The notes below the pieces were generated by a model that had not been told where the DNA came from, made no database searches, and saw only the letters and a program-made list of their open reading frames with translations. A stretch of DNA of 64,000 nt from Squalus acanthias (lineage: Eukaryota), in contig CM059432.1 in the NCBI GenBank assembly GCA_030390025.1, positions 101,558,001 to 101,622,000 of the forward strand, in the 5' to 3' direction. Positions within the stretch are counted from its first letter, which is position 1. Every line of letters starts with the position of its first letter. The translations under genes and the position numbers were made by a program. Below are positions 62,542-64,000 of the stretch, piece after piece.

Positions 62542-64000
62542 AAAGGTTTGCCTTGGTGAAGGGGTTAAGCAGCTGTGAGAAGCTGTTTCTCAGCAGTTTG
62601 ACTAACCCATTACAATACATCTTGAAACAGGAATGGTAAAGGGGGCTCCTCTTCAGACTATCAAGAACATTCCATGATGACCAACACTATGAATGTGTGC
62701 ACCTAAATGGTCCACAATGGGAACAGTTTAAATATTCATGTGAAATAAGCAACATGTTCCAATTCAGACCAATTGGTTCTTAATTCACTTGTGGCCTTAC
62801 TCCTATATTTGAGTGTTAAAAGCAGTTAACACTCATCCAGGATGTCTGCCTGTTATAATTTATTTATAAACTTAACCCACTTCCCTCCCTGTGAGGTTTT
62901 CCAAGTGGAGCAAACATTCGCTTTTAACTTCTTTTTTAAAGACCAGTTGGAACACTTTTCATGATTGCCATAAACACAGCAGCTTGGACACAAAATGAAA
63001 CCTTTGTGGAATTTATGTTGTTTATTATAAGCCGGCACGGTGGCGCATTACACTTTTATACCTCCAGCTAAATAAAATGCTAATGCACTAAGCAAAACTG
63101 TCCTGTCAAAGTTAAACATCGAATCATGCACTGACAATACCAAAAATATGTTCTGTAGGATCTTTCAGCTAATTTTCTCTATTGTACAAAAACAATTATA
63201 GTACACTTTTAAACACAATAAATAAAGCTCTGTACAAATGGTGATGAATTTTGAACAAACCCAAACCCGTTCTTGTGAAAAATTGAGAATTATTTCTGCA
63301 TTTTATTTGCAGCAGAGTAAAATGTGCAAAGGTACTGTAAACAAAAACACAAAAGAAAATCCTCGCTTAAAATAAATTTGAATTTTAAAGCTGACGATAA
63401 GTCCACAAATGCGGTTGGTTTATAAATGATTTCTGAAACGTCTTACCTGAGTGATTACTCTGTGAAAATAACTCTCCGGTAGTTATGGAAATCACTACCC
63501 CTATAATGATGCATCAAGTGGGACTTGTGCTTCACTTACTCTTCACTGTCATTTTAAATAAACACAAACACCGCCCCGCCACCCCCCCCCCCCGCCACCC
63601 CGCCGAAACACTTAAAATGCACTTTGGCGACTAAATAGCACTCAACCGACTTCAAAACCTGATCTGAGTGGACAAAGTGGACTCCATCTGTCCGGTGAAC
63701 ACAGGACACCAAAATCAACCCCATTATATTCCCATGTGAAGAATGAAGAAGTTTGTGCAAATTAAGCCACAAGTGACAAAATGAAGAGTTTTTCTGAGGA
63801 TTCCATGTATTACTAGAAGAGATCGAGTTGTTACTGTTTGCCAGTACTGTTGGGTTTTGCAGAACAAAATTACTGGTGAAAAATCCAAAATAGACTGCTG
63901 TCATGTCGATCAATATTTTGCTTTATTAGCTGTTCAACTAAAATTTATCATAATAGTTGGAGATACTTCTAGCTCTTATTTAGATTGAATTTTTCTAAGT

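Noticed and set aside
63554..63913. 119-aa minus-strand ORF
   Set aside because: Runs through a poly-C/G tract, has no domain, and its composition fits non-coding DNA.

Overview
This is eukaryotic, repeat-dense DNA with no recognisable host protein-coding exon. The mix of CR1, L2 and RTE LINEs, Deu-domain tRNA SINEs, Penelope-type hammerhead fragments and PIF/Harbinger transposons points to a vertebrate, most likely a cartilaginous fish (inference from recalled repeat families, not a database search). Main structures: (1) a full-length 4.1 kb Harbinger transposon (17307-21393, TSD ACA) with a nearly intact DDE transposase and a convergent, spliced but decayed Myb/SANT gene, plus a second deleted Harbinger (34290-37048) and many non-autonomous relatives; (2) a full-length RTE LINE (51814-57882, 9-bp TSD) whose 5' end is two tandem arrays, and which holds an LTR with a tRNA-Arg PBS, an inverted retrovirus-like pol fragment and a nested 227-bp solo LTR; (3) three Penelope-type minimal hammerhead ribozyme relics, one a two-stranded palindrome; (4) several resolvable nested insertions and a fold-back inverted duplication. 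I found no evidence of a wholly new biological system. The best candidates for novelty are undescribed members or architectures of known element classes. Boundaries were read by eye; those of degenerate LINE fragments are approximate (tens of bp).
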